A stretch of DNA of 62,909 bases from a virus (Duplodnaviria > Caudoviricetes): IMG/VR virus record IMGVR_UViG_3300025645_000072, positions 1-62,909 of that record; one strand, given 5' to 3'. Both the position numbers and the translations under genes were made by a program. This document shows, one piece after another, positions 49,639-59,847 of this stretch; position 1 is the first letter of the stretch, and each line of letters begins with the position of its first letter. The notes beneath the pieces are model-generated. The model worked only from the letters and a program-made list of their open reading frames with translations, was not told the DNA's origin and made no database searches.

Positions 49639-49651
49639 AACAAAACAAATA

Positions 49652-49762
49652 ATGGCACGTAAAAAGAAAATGAAAAACCCTTGTTGGAAAGGTTTTGTTG
49701 CATATGGATTAAAAACTAAAAACGGAAAGAAAGTTCCTAATTGTGTGCGTAAAAAAAAATAA
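49652..49762 (+). CDS. Small basic protein (36 aa) with CWKG...KVPNCV motif
   Basis: Read manually. Confidence 0.6.
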   Translation: MARKKKMKNPCWKGFVAYGLKTKNGKKVPNCVRKKK

Positions 49763-49772
49763 ATAAATAATT

Positions 49773-49904
49773 ATGGAAAAACAACTAAAACCTTATTTTA
49801 CAGCAGCTATAAAAAGTGGAGTAAAACCTGAAAGAAATGGATTACCATCAGAACAATCTATTAAAAAAAGTGTTTACGCTAGCTGCGGTAAAGGGAAAAA
49901 ATAA
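49773..49904 (+). CDS. Small basic protein (43 aa)
   Basis: Read manually; TAATG coupling to the next gene. Confidence 0.5.
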   Translation: MEKQLKPYFTAAIKSGVKPERNGLPSEQSIKKSVYASCGKGKK

Positions 49905-50158
49905 TGGCAAAACCAAGAAAGGGAAAGGCTAAAGTTAAAGTAACCTCAACTGGTAAAAAAGTAAGTTATGGTCAAGCGGGAAAAGCCAAAGGTGGTGGGC
50001 CTAGAGTAAGACCAGGTACATCTAAAGGTGATAGCTATTGCGCTAGAAGCTTAGGAATTAAAAAAAGACTGTCTAAAAAAAAACAAAGAGATCCAAATAC
50101 TCCAAATAATTTGTCTAGAAAAAGATGGAAGTGTTCAGGAGCAAAGTCTCGAAAATAA
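49904..50158 (+). CDS. Small highly basic phage protein (KVSYGQ..YCARS..RWKC)
   Basis: Lys/Arg-rich ORF with a recognisable phage small-protein motif. Confidence 0.7.
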   Translation: MAKPRKGKAKVKVTSTGKKVSYGQAGKAKGGGPRVRPGTSKGDSYCARSLGIKKRLSKKKQRDPNTPNNLSRKRWKCSGAKSRK

Positions 50159-50174
50159 GTATTTAAATTATTAC

Positions 50175-50182
50175 TATATTTG
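50175..50182 (+). promoter_or_regulatory. -7 promoter box TATATTTG
   Basis: Intergenic, 20 nt before ATG 50203. Confidence 0.6.
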
Positions 50183-50202
50183 TAAAATAATAAATTAAGG
50201 TT

Positions 50203-50343
50203 ATGGGTAAATTATTTGTAAAGATCGGATTGTGGATGCAAGAAGTTTGGTGTAAGTTTCAATGTGGTTGGAATTTTGTTATATCAAAGTTAATGTTTTC
50301 GGTTTCTTCTTGTCCTAATAAATTATGTACTTGTAAGAAATAA
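50203..50343 (+). CDS. Small Cys/Trp-rich protein (46 aa, ends CPNKLCTCKK)
   Basis: Read manually. Confidence 0.55.
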   Translation: MGKLFVKIGLWMQEVWCKFQCGWNFVISKLMFSVSSCPNKLCTCKK

Positions 50344-50349
50344 AATCAA

Positions 50350-50508
50350 ATGAAACAAAGATCACTAGGATTAGGAGACGACTTAGAAAAGGTATTTGAA
50401 AAAACAGGAATAAAAGCTGTTGTTGAAAAAGTAACTAAAGGAGGATGTGGATGTAAAGAAAGAAAAGATAGCCTAAACAGGATGTTTCCCTATAAAAACA
50501 GTAAATAA
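50350..50508 (+). CDS. Small protein (52 aa) with GLGD..TGIK..CGC..R...LN motif
   Basis: Read manually. Confidence 0.6.
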   Translation: MKQRSLGLGDDLEKVFEKTGIKAVVEKVTKGGCGCKERKDSLNRMFPYKNSK

Positions 50509-50539
50509 AAGAGAATTTTTAACACTCTAAAATATAAAT

Positions 50540-50851
50540 ATGTCATACCCAAAAATAAATGTAAATACACTAACTGGAGTACAAGTTACTAATAGTGACA
50601 CTGTAGATATTCCAACTACTTCAAACGAAGGATTTTTAATTTATGTTGGAAGCACAATTCCTATTCTTCAAGATATAACTTCTGGAGCTGGAACGCCTGA
50701 TCCAAGATATGTAAATGTAAAAGTATTAACAGTAAATAATCAAGACATTACCTTTCATAATTTTAAGGTAGGCGAGTATTTACCTGTACAATGCAAAAGA
50801 ATATTTGCAACAGGTACCACAGCTGGTGTTGATTGTATAGCAATGTCTTAA
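50540..50851 (+). CDS. Small beta-rich virion (spike-base/decoration-like) protein
   Basis: IYVG...VKVLT..G.YLPVQCKRIFATGTTA pattern. Confidence 0.5.
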   Translation: MSYPKINVNTLTGVQVTNSDTVDIPTTSNEGFLIYVGSTIPILQDITSGAGTPDPRYVNVKVLTVNNQDITFHNFKVGEYLPVQCKRIFATGTTAGVDCIAMS

Positions 50852-50923
50852 TAGTATGAACTACACTCAATCAAATTCTTGGAACTCTGAATTATTTTTT
50901 GTGTATAATATAACCAAAAAAAA

Positions 50924-51079
50924 ATGATGCAAGATTATAAGATATTAATGATTAATGCTGGTAGTTTTGGAATTTCAATGACAAATATAGATGTAACGCT
51001 TAAAATAGTTTTATTACTTGTAACTATAGGATATACAATACAAAAATGGTATTTACTAAACAAGAACAAAAAAAAATAA
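50924..51079 (+). CDS. Putative small holin (51 aa)
   Basis: Hydrophobic helix LKIVLLLVTIGYTI and basic tail, just before the endolysin. Confidence 0.5.
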   Translation: MMQDYKILMINAGSFGISMTNIDVTLKIVLLLVTIGYTIQKWYLLNKNKKK

Positions 51080-51103
51080 TATTAATTAAAATATAAAAAA
51101 AAT

Positions 51104-51134
51104 AGAGGCGCATATCAATTGCGTCTTTTTTTTT
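51104..51134 (+). terminator. Intrinsic terminator-like hairpin
   Basis: AGAGGCGCA/TGCGTCTTT stem plus T run. Confidence 0.65.
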
Positions 51135-51159
51135 GATATTACTTAAACAGTATATTATT

Positions 51160-51573
51160 ATGAGAGAAATTAAAGAGATAATTATACATTGCTCTGCTAC
51201 TCCATTGGGAAAAGATTTTAGTGCAGAGGTTATAAGAGACTGGCACGTAAAAGGAAATGGATGGGATGATATTGGGTATCACTTTGTTATAAGATTAGAT
51301 GGATCTATTGAGTATGGTAGAATGGTTGATAGACAAGGAGCGCATTGTAAAGGTCATAATAAATATTCGATAGGAATTTGTTATATTGGTGGTATGGATA
51401 GAGAGATGAAAGAATGGAGCGATACAAGAACAGATCAGCAAAAAATTTCACTGTTGCTATTAATAAAAACATTAAAGAAAACCAATCCTAATATTAAAGT
51501 TTTTGGTCATAGAGATTTTTCAAGCAAGCAATGTCCAAGCTTTGATGCAAAAACAGAATACGAGAATATATGA
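51160..51573 (+). CDS. N-acetylmuramoyl-L-alanine amidase (T7 lysozyme-like endolysin)
   Basis: IIIHCSAT, GWDDIGYH, GAHC, SIGICYIGG, GHRDF..K.CPSF; start at ATG 51160. Confidence 0.92.
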   Translation: MREIKEIIIHCSATPLGKDFSAEVIRDWHVKGNGWDDIGYHFVIRLDGSIEYGRMVDRQGAHCKGHNKYSIGICYIGGMDREMKEWSDTRTDQQKISLLLLIKTLKKTNPNIKVFGHRDFSSKQCPSFDAKTEYENI

Positions 51574-51965
51574 AAAAAGTAATAGAGTGGTTCGGAGGCG
51601 GACTAGTAAAAGATTTGTTGGGCGGCTTAGATAAGCTGTTTACATCAAAAGAAGAAAAAATTAAAGCAGAAAATGTTATAAAACAAATTCTAATTGAAAA
51701 GCAATTAGAACTTCAGAAAATGCAAACAGAAATTATTGTGACTGAAGCAAAAGGCAACTGGTTACAAAGAAGCTGGCGACCAATATTAATGTTGGCGTTT
51801 GGTTTTATAGTTATTTATGTAAAGTTTATAGCGCCTTTATTTGATCTTAAAATACCTGAATTAGAAAATGAATTTTGGAATTTATTACAATTAGGTATTG
51901 GTGGATATGTTATTGGTAGAAGTGCAGAGAAAATATCAAAAAATGTCACATTTAATAAAAAGTAA
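51570..51965 (+). CDS. Holin, 3TM/GTA-type
   Basis: WLQRSWRP followed by TM helices and GGYVIGRS.EK. Confidence 0.75.
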   Translation: MKKVIEWFGGGLVKDLLGGLDKLFTSKEEKIKAENVIKQILIEKQLELQKMQTEIIVTEAKGNWLQRSWRPILMLAFGFIVIYVKFIAPLFDLKIPELENEFWNLLQLGIGGYVIGRSAEKISKNVTFNKK

Positions 51966-51983
51966 CGCTAGATTTTTTTTTAT

Positions 51984-51991
51984 TAACTTTG
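51984..51991 (+). promoter_or_regulatory. -7 promoter box TAACTTTG
   Basis: Intergenic, about 20 nt before ATG 52013. Confidence 0.6.
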
Positions 51992-52012
51992 TAATATATA
52001 AAAAAATAGATA

Positions 52013-52717
52013 ATGGCTAGAATAAAAACTTATTCGAACGACCTATCGGTCGTTGCAAAAGATAAGTGGATCGGATCAGATTCTCAAGCAAGTTGGGCTA
52101 CAAAAAACTTTACAGCTCAATCTGTTGCTGACTTTATAAATGAAAGGGGAAATGATCTTCAGTCATTAAGGTTTAGGTATAAAAATACCCCGCCTAGAAG
52201 CCCAGGGACAATTTCTTTTGATCCTCAAAAAGCTAATAATGTTCCGTTTTCTAGTATTGATTCTTGGATTTTAAGTAACTCACAATTAAAATCTCCAGAA
52301 GATATTTCTAGTTTTTATTCTGCACCATTAGTAGGATCTGATGTTTTGTTAACTCAATGTGATGACGTGGCTCAATGGGCTATATACGAGTGGGATTCTG
52401 TAACAGCAATTCCTAATGAAAAAACATTTTCAAATATAGGATTATCTTATAAGGTAGGTAATGGAGGCTTAATTAATGATGAAGATTATTTCATATCTTT
52501 GCTTAGTTACGCAGGGACAGGTGATTTACACTTTACTTATGTACAAGGAGTGCCTTCTACAAGTTGGAGTATACAGCATAATTTAGGAAAGTTTCCTTCT
52601 ATAACAGTAATTGATAGTGCAGGAACAGTTGTAACTGGACAATATACATATAACGACATAAACAACGTGACATTAACATTTTCAGCACCGTTTGCTGGAA
52701 CAGCATATTTAAATTAA
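52013..52717 (+). CDS. Virion structural protein
   Basis: MARI..ATKNFT N-terminal module; C-terminal WSIQHNLGKFPSITVID..G.AYLN module. Confidence 0.6.
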   Translation: MARIKTYSNDLSVVAKDKWIGSDSQASWATKNFTAQSVADFINERGNDLQSLRFRYKNTPPRSPGTISFDPQKANNVPFSSIDSWILSNSQLKSPEDISSFYSAPLVGSDVLLTQCDDVAQWAIYEWDSVTAIPNEKTFSNIGLSYKVGNGGLINDEDYFISLLSYAGTGDLHFTYVQGVPSTSWSIQHNLGKFPSITVIDSAGTVVTGQYTYNDINNVTLTFSAPFAGTAYLN

Positions 52718-52723
52718 AAAACT

Positions 52724-54367
52724 ATGGCAATACAATATTTAAACACAGTTGATCTTAATCAGAATCAATTAAACCAGGCGGTTATACAGAATGTCGCTAC
52801 AGATCCAGCATCAGGTGTAGTTGGGCAGGTTATATTTAATACAACTGCAGATACCTTAAAGCAATATGTAGCAGATGATGGTAGTGGTAGTGCAGGATGG
52901 ACTGAAGTAGGTTCTACTACTGTAAAAGCTGGTACTGGTATTGGTGTTACATTTACTGGAGGCGAGGCTGTTGTAAGAAACACAGGGCTTGTAACCGTAT
53001 TAGATGGTACATACATAGATTTAACAAAACAAGGTGGTGGTGATAATACACAGTTGACTGCAGATTTATCTGCGGTAGACGGAACTGCCGTTCTTGCAAC
53101 AAGGTTTTTAAGTAAAGACAATACTTGGGATGTGCCTGCGTTTGATAATTACTCAGGTTGGACTTTGGATGGTGACTCTGGAACTGGTGAGGTTATTTCT
53201 AGTGGAGATACCGCTACATTTGCAGGTGGATTAAAAATAACTACTGATGTAGCATCAACAGACACATTAAACATAGTTCACGACTTACAAGCACAAACAG
53301 ATACAACATCAACAGATTCACCTTCAGCAGGGGGAACATTTACAGTAATTGATAGTGTTACAGTAGATACAACAGGTCACGTAGGTGGGGTTAATGTAAA
53401 AACCATTACACTTCCAAGAGATGATTATAGTATTGTTTCAAAAGCAAATGCTACGTCAGGAGCTGATGTAGATTTAGTAGACTCAGGAGGTACTGTAGAT
53501 TCAACAGTAAACTTTATAGGCACAGCTGGAGAAATAGTTGTAGCTCAATCTGCTACTGCAAATAAAATAGTAATAAGTCAGCCTTCTGATGTTACAATTG
53601 GAAATGATTTACAGGTTGATAACGATGCTACGGTAGACGGAGCTTTGACAGTTATTGGACAAGTAACAGTTCCAACGGCAACAGCATCTACAAGCGCACC
53701 TAATTTAGGTCAGGTAGAACAACTTGTTGCGGGAATTGGATTGTTTAAAGGAGGCTATGACGCTACTAATGATCCAGGTTCACCTGTTATTAGTGGTTCA
53801 GGTAATATTGCTTTAGACTTAGGTGATTACTTCGTAGTTACTAATGATGGTGACATAACATTTAGTGATCCTGTAACAATTTCAGTAGAAGTTGGTGATA
53901 TGATATTTGCTAACGCAGCAATTAGCGCAGGATCTGATCCAGCATCAACAGAATATACATTTGTTATTCAAGATGCTAATATAGCAGGAGCAGGAGCAAC
54001 AGACGGAGCTACTGAAAAAGGGGTAGCTGGTTTTGATTCAGCAAGCTTTACAGTATCGGCAGCTGGTTGGGTACAATTAAAACCTCAATCAAATCCTTAC
54101 GGAGCAAAACAAGATTTAAATAATACAGCTCCTTGTTCAAGAGTAGAGTCAGGTGGATTAACAACATTTACAATTGATTTAACAGATTCAAGTCTTTTTG
54201 GAACAAGCGCTTTAGCCGCAAATGTAAAAGCTGAAATAACTCAAATAGCCGCACCTTATGAAACAGTATATGCTGATGTAGCAAGAAGTGGAACGGGAAC
54301 AATATCTTTTGCTTTCACAGGAAGTGTAGCAAGCGATGTTTACGCTGCTCTACTTGTATATGTATAA
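52724..54367 (+). CDS. Tail fibre-like structural protein
   Basis: Thr/Gly/Asp-rich beta repeats. Confidence 0.65.
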   Translation: MAIQYLNTVDLNQNQLNQAVIQNVATDPASGVVGQVIFNTTADTLKQYVADDGSGSAGWTEVGSTTVKAGTGIGVTFTGGEAVVRNTGLVTVLDGTYIDLTKQGGGDNTQLTADLSAVDGTAVLATRFLSKDNTWDVPAFDNYSGWTLDGDSGTGEVISSGDTATFAGGLKITTDVASTDTLNIVHDLQAQTDTTSTDSPSAGGTFTVIDSVTVDTTGHVGGVNVKTITLPRDDYSIVSKANATSGADVDLVDSGGTVDSTVNFIGTAGEIVVAQSATANKIVISQPSDVTIGNDLQVDNDATVDGALTVIGQVTVPTATASTSAPNLGQVEQLVAGIGLFKGGYDATNDPGSPVISGSGNIALDLGDYFVVTNDGDITFSDPVTISVEVGDMIFANAAISAGSDPASTEYTFVIQDANIAGAGATDGATEKGVAGFDSASFTVSAAGWVQLKPQSNPYGAKQDLNNTAPCSRVESGGLTTFTIDLTDSSLFGTSALAANVKAEITQIAAPYETVYADVARSGTGTISFAFTGSVASDVYAALLVYV

Positions 54368-54389
54368 ACTAATTAATCCAATATAATAA

Positions 54390-57300
54390 ATGGCATTAAG
54401 ATTTCTTAATAGCGGGTATTTCGCAGGGAAGGTAGGTATTGGAGTAGAAGTACCATTAACAACTCTTCATTTAAATGATCCAGATGGGTCTGTAATAAGA
54501 CTGTCTGCTGATGCGCACTCTGATAATAACAAAATAGAATTTGATGCGCTTAACAACGGCAATATATACCATAGTATTGTATCTAATACAAATACTGGAA
54601 ATTTACAGTTAAGAGCTGGAGATGGAGGAACTGGACACGAAGTAAATATTTATACAGACGGTTCTTTTGCAGCTACTTTTGATATGAATCAAAGACTTGG
54701 GGTAGGATTATCTGCACCTCAAGGTAAATTACACGTAGCCACAGGATCTATTCATCCAAGCTCCTCTGTCGCATCTTCTTCTAATTCAGTTATTTTTTCT
54801 GGTCAAGATGGACTAATGGATTTACTTAGTTATGATGATAACTCCACCGTAGCTACGGCTATCGGTATGGGTAGATATGACCAAACATATGGAAATTTAA
54901 TTGACAAATGGGGATTAGTTACTTGGTATGATTCAGGTAACGAAGGCTCTAATTTAAGTGACAGATTAGGTATTCATTATGGTACTAATAAAGCTCCTTG
55001 GAGTAATAGCGAAAAATTATCCATAACCAGAGAAGGTAACGTAGGTATAGGATCAAATGATCCTTCAGAAAAACTTGTTGTTAATGGTAATGTTAAAGGT
55101 GATAGTTTTGGTACTGATGAAGGTACTACAGCAAGAATATTTTCTCCCGAAGGCGCAGTTTATAATGGTAGCGGTAATCAAACAGGATATTTAATAGTAA
55201 AACTACCAGATTTAGCAGGCGCAGGAATAAATAATATGATGAGTGGCGTTATACGAGTTTTTGATTATGCTCCAGGGGGATCTTTTGATATACATTTTGC
55301 GGGGTATTGGTATAGCGGTTATGCCTGGACAAATTGTACAGCTTGGATAGATAGTGAATCCAGTATAGATAGAAACTTTTCTGTAAGATTTGGAAAAATG
55401 AATGGTTCAAGCGGTAGTTTAGATAGAGCCGTTATAACTATTGGAGAAAGCACAAGTGCTTGGAGTTATTGTAAATTTTCAGTAATTGAATATACCTCTG
55501 GGCATTCTAATGCAGCATTAGAAAAATGGAATAGCGGATGGGAAACAGGAATTAGTGCAACCTATCCAGGTACGAGTCTGCAACATTTAACTAACACTCA
55601 AATAAACAACTGGAAAAGAAATGGGCAGGATGTTTATTATGGATCAGGTACAGGAGATGTCGGTATAGGAACGACTAATCCTGCAGTTAAGTTAGATGTT
55701 TTTGACCCAAGTACAACAGCTGCAAATACTATAGTTGCTCAAGCAATAAAAAATTATGTTGGTGGATCAGCTATGTTTAGAGTGGGTATGAACGCTGGTT
55801 CTACAACAGCCGATATAGAGATGAACTCAGGTGGAGCAGGTCCATTTAGATATGGCTCTTACGGTGAGATGAATATTGTAAACAATAGACCAAGTTCAAA
55901 AATAAACCTTGTAAACAACTCAAGTATAGCTGTTACAATAAATGATGACGGTTATGTGGGTATTGGAGATACTACTCCTACAGTACCTTTGGAAGTATCA
56001 AATACTTCCTCAACTTCTTTTACTTACCAAAGAACAGGAGTTAGCGCTAAAAAATGGGGGTTTCATTCAGATAATGACGCTACTTATTGGCAAAATGTAA
56101 CTTCAGGTAATTTACTTTTTACTTTACAAAACGGGGGCAACGTAGGTATTAATACAACTCAACCGTCAGAAAAATTAGATGTTGATGGCAATGCAAGGGT
56201 AAGAAATTTAACAGCAGGTATAGTAACGTCAAGCGCTACAGGTGTATTATCTACAGGTGGTCCAACTCCAATGAATATGTCATTAGGGGAAAGCTATGCT
56301 GCTAACATTCGAGAAAAATACTATAGAACCAATAGAACAGTATATCCAAGTACAATAGGTTCTCAATTTGCTCAGTTAATTCAACAAGACTTACTTAATA
56401 GTATGTCTCTTATAATGTCTCCTGTAGCAACTCAGACGTCAGAAGTTTCTTCTGTAAGACCTGAAAATAACTCAGGGGATTTTTCTTTTACAAGAGCAAC
56501 AAAAGCTTCAAGGGTTGCTTCAAGTGGTTACATAGTAAGACAAACTGAAAACTATATAAGATATAGTAATGAATTTAATAATTCATCTTATTGGACATTA
56601 GGAGATGCCACAGTTACTTGGGGTCAAGCTGATTACTTCGGTAAAAGTACAGCTTGGAAGTTACAAGACACTGCTTCAACAGCACAACATTTTGTTAGAC
56701 AAACAACTGGCATAGGTGGTGTCGTTACGGTTTCAGTATATGCAAAAGCTGGTACAAAAAGTTTTTTATACCTTAGAGGTGTAGAGGGAACTACAAGTAA
56801 AGAAACATTTTTTAATTTATCCGCAGGAACTGTAGGTACTGTAGAAGGTATAACAGCTTCTATGGAAGTTATAGGTAATGGTTGGTATAGATGTTCTGCA
56901 AGTTTTGATCATAATCCTCCTTATGAATATTACTTTGGAGTTGCCGATGCAGATAATGTACCATCATACACAGGGGATGGAACAGGTAATATATATATTG
57001 TTAATGCTCAGATAGAAAGTGGGATAGGGGTAAGAGAATACAATGCAACTACCTCCTCTATGTTTTACGGAGGTGAAACAACAAATGTTCCAAGAATAGA
57101 TTATAAAAATGGAGTACCTGAATTACTATTAGAAAAAACATCTACAAATGTAGTTTATTGTAGCGCTAAAATGGCTGGGCTTACTAACGTAACTCAATCA
57201 TTTACTTTAAGTCCTGAAGGAATATTAAATGGAATAAAAATAAATGAGACTGCAACAAGTAATCAGCATTACGGTCACGTAAACTGTTCTGTAGTTTCAG

Positions 57301-58097
57301 GAACACAATATTTTCTTTCTTTTTATATTAAAAAAGGAACATCATCTTCTGTTACTATATATACGCAGAGCAACACTATAGGAAGTAACGTAACAGTTAA
57401 TCTTAACAACGGAACAATTAGTGCAAATACAGATGCTTTTATAGAAGACGTAGGCGGTGGTTGGTATAGAGCAGGTTTTAAAACACCTGCCGCTACACAA
57501 ACAGCAACGAGTATGGATATTTACTTACCCGTTTCAGATTTAAGTTCTTATGCTGGAGATGTAAATAATTATACTGAATACTACGGAATTCAATTAGAAA
57601 CTGCACCTATTGTAACAAGTCACATCCCTACCTATGATGGGGCTGTCACAAGAAATAATGAAATAATATCTTTGAGTCATATGGCTACAAATACCATAGC
57701 TTCTAATGCAACTGCTGGAACACTTATGGTAGAATTTAGTAATAACTATACAAATGCAGGAGATACGCTACAATGGCACCAATCTCCAACTATAATAGGT
57801 AGAGGTTATTTCTATGTAAGACAAATAGGTTTTGCAGATACTTGGGGAGCGTCAGGTTTTTCAACGACAGATGGTGTTAATACAAAAGTAATATGGAGAT
57901 TAAATAGTTTAACAAGTGGTAGTTTTTTTAAAGATGGAGTAAAAAGCGGTCAAACAGTTACAGGTACAGCTTGGGCGGATATAAATAAACTTGTTATAAG
58001 ATCAGATTTTGGAACTATGAGAATTAGGAATATATTTATGTCTCCTACCGCTTTGACAGATGATCAATGTGTTAAGCTAACTACAATAAACGAATAG
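54390..58097 (+). CDS. Large tail fibre/spike protein: VGIG repeats plus a distinct C-terminal beta-sandwich region
   Basis: Multiple G.VGIG...P...L.V repeats, then FSFTRAT...PRIDY...LLLE..TN and two GWYR modules. Confidence 0.7.
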   Translation: MALRFLNSGYFAGKVGIGVEVPLTTLHLNDPDGSVIRLSADAHSDNNKIEFDALNNGNIYHSIVSNTNTGNLQLRAGDGGTGHEVNIYTDGSFAATFDMNQRLGVGLSAPQGKLHVATGSIHPSSSVASSSNSVIFSGQDGLMDLLSYDDNSTVATAIGMGRYDQTYGNLIDKWGLVTWYDSGNEGSNLSDRLGIHYGTNKAPWSNSEKLSITREGNVGIGSNDPSEKLVVNGNVKGDSFGTDEGTTARIFSPEGAVYNGSGNQTGYLIVKLPDLAGAGINNMMSGVIRVFDYAPGGSFDIHFAGYWYSGYAWTNCTAWIDSESSIDRNFSVRFGKMNGSSGSLDRAVITIGESTSAWSYCKFSVIEYTSGHSNAALEKWNSGWETGISATYPGTSLQHLTNTQINNWKRNGQDVYYGSGTGDVGIGTTNPAVKLDVFDPSTTAANTIVAQAIKNYVGGSAMFRVGMNAGSTTADIEMNSGGAGPFRYGSYGEMNIVNNRPSSKINLVNNSSIAVTINDDGYVGIGDTTPTVPLEVSNTSSTSFTYQRTGVSAKKWGFHSDNDATYWQNVTSGNLLFTLQNGGNVGINTTQPSEKLDVDGNARVRNLTAGIVTSSATGVLSTGGPTPMNMSLGESYAANIREKYYRTNRTVYPSTIGSQFAQLIQQDLLNSMSLIMSPVATQTSEVSSVRPENNSGDFSFTRATKASRVASSGYIVRQTENYIRYSNEFNNSSYWTLGDATVTWGQADYFGKSTAWKLQDTASTAQHFVRQTTGIGGVVTVSVYAKAGTKSFLYLRGVEGTTSKETFFNLSAGTVGTVEGITASMEVIGNGWYRCSASFDHNPPYEYYFGVADADNVPSYTGDGTGNIYIVNAQIESGIGVREYNATTSSMFYGGETTNVPRIDYKNGVPELLLEKTSTNVVYCSAKMAGLTNVTQSFTLSPEGILNGIKINETATSNQHYGHVNCSVVSGTQYFLSFYIKKGTSSSVTIYTQSNTIGSNVTVNLNNGTISANTDAFIEDVGGGWYRAGFKTPAATQTATSMDIYLPVSDLSSYAGDVNNYTEYYGIQLETAPIVTSHIPTYDGAVTRNNEIISLSHMATNTIASNATAGTLMVEFSNNYTNAGDTLQWHQSPTIIGRGYFYVRQIGFADTWGASGFSTTDGVNTKVIWRLNSLTSGSFFKDGVKSGQTVTGTAWADINKLVIRSDFGTMRIRNIFMSPTALTDDQCVKLTTINE

Positions 58098-59846
58098 ATG
58101 GAATATAAAAGCAATATATTAGAAAATCTACAGCCAGATTATATACAGCTAAACTCTAACGTTTATGCAGATGAATTAACTGGCAATGTAAGTATAGGCG
58201 AGGTACAATCCGCAACTTTTACTGATAAATTTATGGTAAAAGCTAAGGCTGGTAATGGTGTGAACCAGATAGTATTACAGCATTCAGGTAATGGAGTTCC
58301 TATTGTAGGTATAGGTCAAGAAAGTAGTCACGGTAGCTTACAGTTAAGATTGAATAGTGGATCTACTCAGGTAAGGCTTAGTGCTACTAATAGTAATTAT
58401 ATAATACCCAGTCTTGGTGTTGGTGGAGTTACTTCACCTAATGCAAAACTTCATATAGCAGGTGGATCTTCGGGTATGTTTTTATCTAATTTAGGAGATA
58501 ATTCAGCTTACGATTCTATTAAAATGTCTTATACTGGGTACAACTCAGGAACTCCTGAATTTATATTTACCCAAACAAGTACACCTGGATCAGGAATTGC
58601 AAACACCTGGTATAGATTTAAAAACACAAATGGTGTAGATGGAACTAATCCTAATAATGTTGCAAATGTTACAATAGGTGGTAGATTAGGAATCGGAACA
58701 GATAATCCAAGTGGTAAAATAAATGTAATAGGCTCACACAATGGAGTTGGTATAAGAATATCAGGTGATGGTTCAGCAGGCACATATTATTATGGTTTTA
58801 TGCACGATGGTACAAACCTTCAAGGTACTACTCAAACAAATTTAATATACACAGAAGGAACTGTTTTAGCGAATACTACAATTTCTGAATGGGCGAGTTT
58901 AAGGATAGCTAACCCAAATGTTACGGCTACAGGTGCTGTAATTACTAATAATTATGGTATATATCAAGCTAGTACTGCGCAAAAAAACTTTTTCGCCGGT
59001 AACGTAAATATTGGTGCGATAGGTACCGGTAAATTAAATGTGGCCGGTACTGTTATAGTTGGTAACTCAGGGACATCAAGATTTACAGATACAAGCGCTT
59101 TTCCTTTACAATTAAATAGAGGTTTAGATGTAGATGTATTTGGCGCTAATGGATGTCTTCTTGGACTTGGAAGTTTAAAAGGATCTACATATATAGACGG
59201 ATCAAGAGTTTCTGGTGGATTAGCAGTTAATGGAACAGACGGTTTTTTTTCAATACAAACATTAGGAAGTGGTGTTTATAGTACCTCTATAAGCGTTAAT
59301 TCTGTTCAAGCAGTAAAATTTGACGCTTATGACGGCGCAAATAAAACAGGCACTCCAACTTATTTATTAGGAACAGACGCCTCTGGAAATGTAGTTAAAA
59401 CAAATTCTACGCCTGCGCCAATAACTTCACAAGCAGATTCATTGTATGACTTAATACCAAATGGAGCATTTACAACTACTTACGCATTTACCTCTACAGC
59501 AGGAACGTATTCTGAAGTTATGAAAGGAGATGATGTTATAACAGATACTGGAACTTACACAGTGCAAGCAGTTGTTAATGATTTTGCCGTTGGAGGAACA
59601 CAATATGATGTAAAATATTCTGGAATTATGAGCTGGCACGCTGGTAGTACAAACGACACTGGACAAGGTACTGAATCTGAAATAGTGTTGCATCGAAACG
59701 GTCACGCTTCTAACCAAGGTATTATATACTTAAGAACAAGAGAAACAGCAAGTGCTGAAGGTAATGAATTAAAGCTTGAAATTATGTGTAACAGAACGTA
59801 TAGCGCAGCTAGTAACGTAGTATTTAAATTTGTAAGATTAATATAA
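58098..59846 (+). CDS. Tail fibre-like protein
   Basis: LGVGG/LGIG repeats, LGTDASGNVV shaft motif. Confidence 0.65.
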   Translation: MEYKSNILENLQPDYIQLNSNVYADELTGNVSIGEVQSATFTDKFMVKAKAGNGVNQIVLQHSGNGVPIVGIGQESSHGSLQLRLNSGSTQVRLSATNSNYIIPSLGVGGVTSPNAKLHIAGGSSGMFLSNLGDNSAYDSIKMSYTGYNSGTPEFIFTQTSTPGSGIANTWYRFKNTNGVDGTNPNNVANVTIGGRLGIGTDNPSGKINVIGSHNGVGIRISGDGSAGTYYYGFMHDGTNLQGTTQTNLIYTEGTVLANTTISEWASLRIANPNVTATGAVITNNYGIYQASTAQKNFFAGNVNIGAIGTGKLNVAGTVIVGNSGTSRFTDTSAFPLQLNRGLDVDVFGANGCLLGLGSLKGSTYIDGSRVSGGLAVNGTDGFFSIQTLGSGVYSTSISVNSVQAVKFDAYDGANKTGTPTYLLGTDASGNVVKTNSTPAPITSQADSLYDLIPNGAFTTTYAFTSTAGTYSEVMKGDDVITDTGTYTVQAVVNDFAVGGTQYDVKYSGIMSWHAGSTNDTGQGTESEIVLHRNGHASNQGIIYLRTRETASAEGNELKLEIMCNRTYSAASNVVFKFVRLI

Positions 59847-59847
59847 T

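Noticed and set aside
49608-49703. N-terminal extension of the wHTH ORF given in the track
   Set aside because: It overlaps the promoter and a + strand gene; ATG 49607 has a better start context.
50856-50927. 23-aa ORF MNYTQSNSWNSELFFVYNITKKK
   Set aside because: It fits the operon but is too short to support without homologues.
58095-58100. Stop-codon reassignment or readthrough at in-frame TAG-ATG (also TAA-ATG at 6275-6280)
   Set aside because: Genes are long and intact under the standard code, with no TAG fragmentation and no clear suppressor tRNA. Abutting genes are common in this genome.
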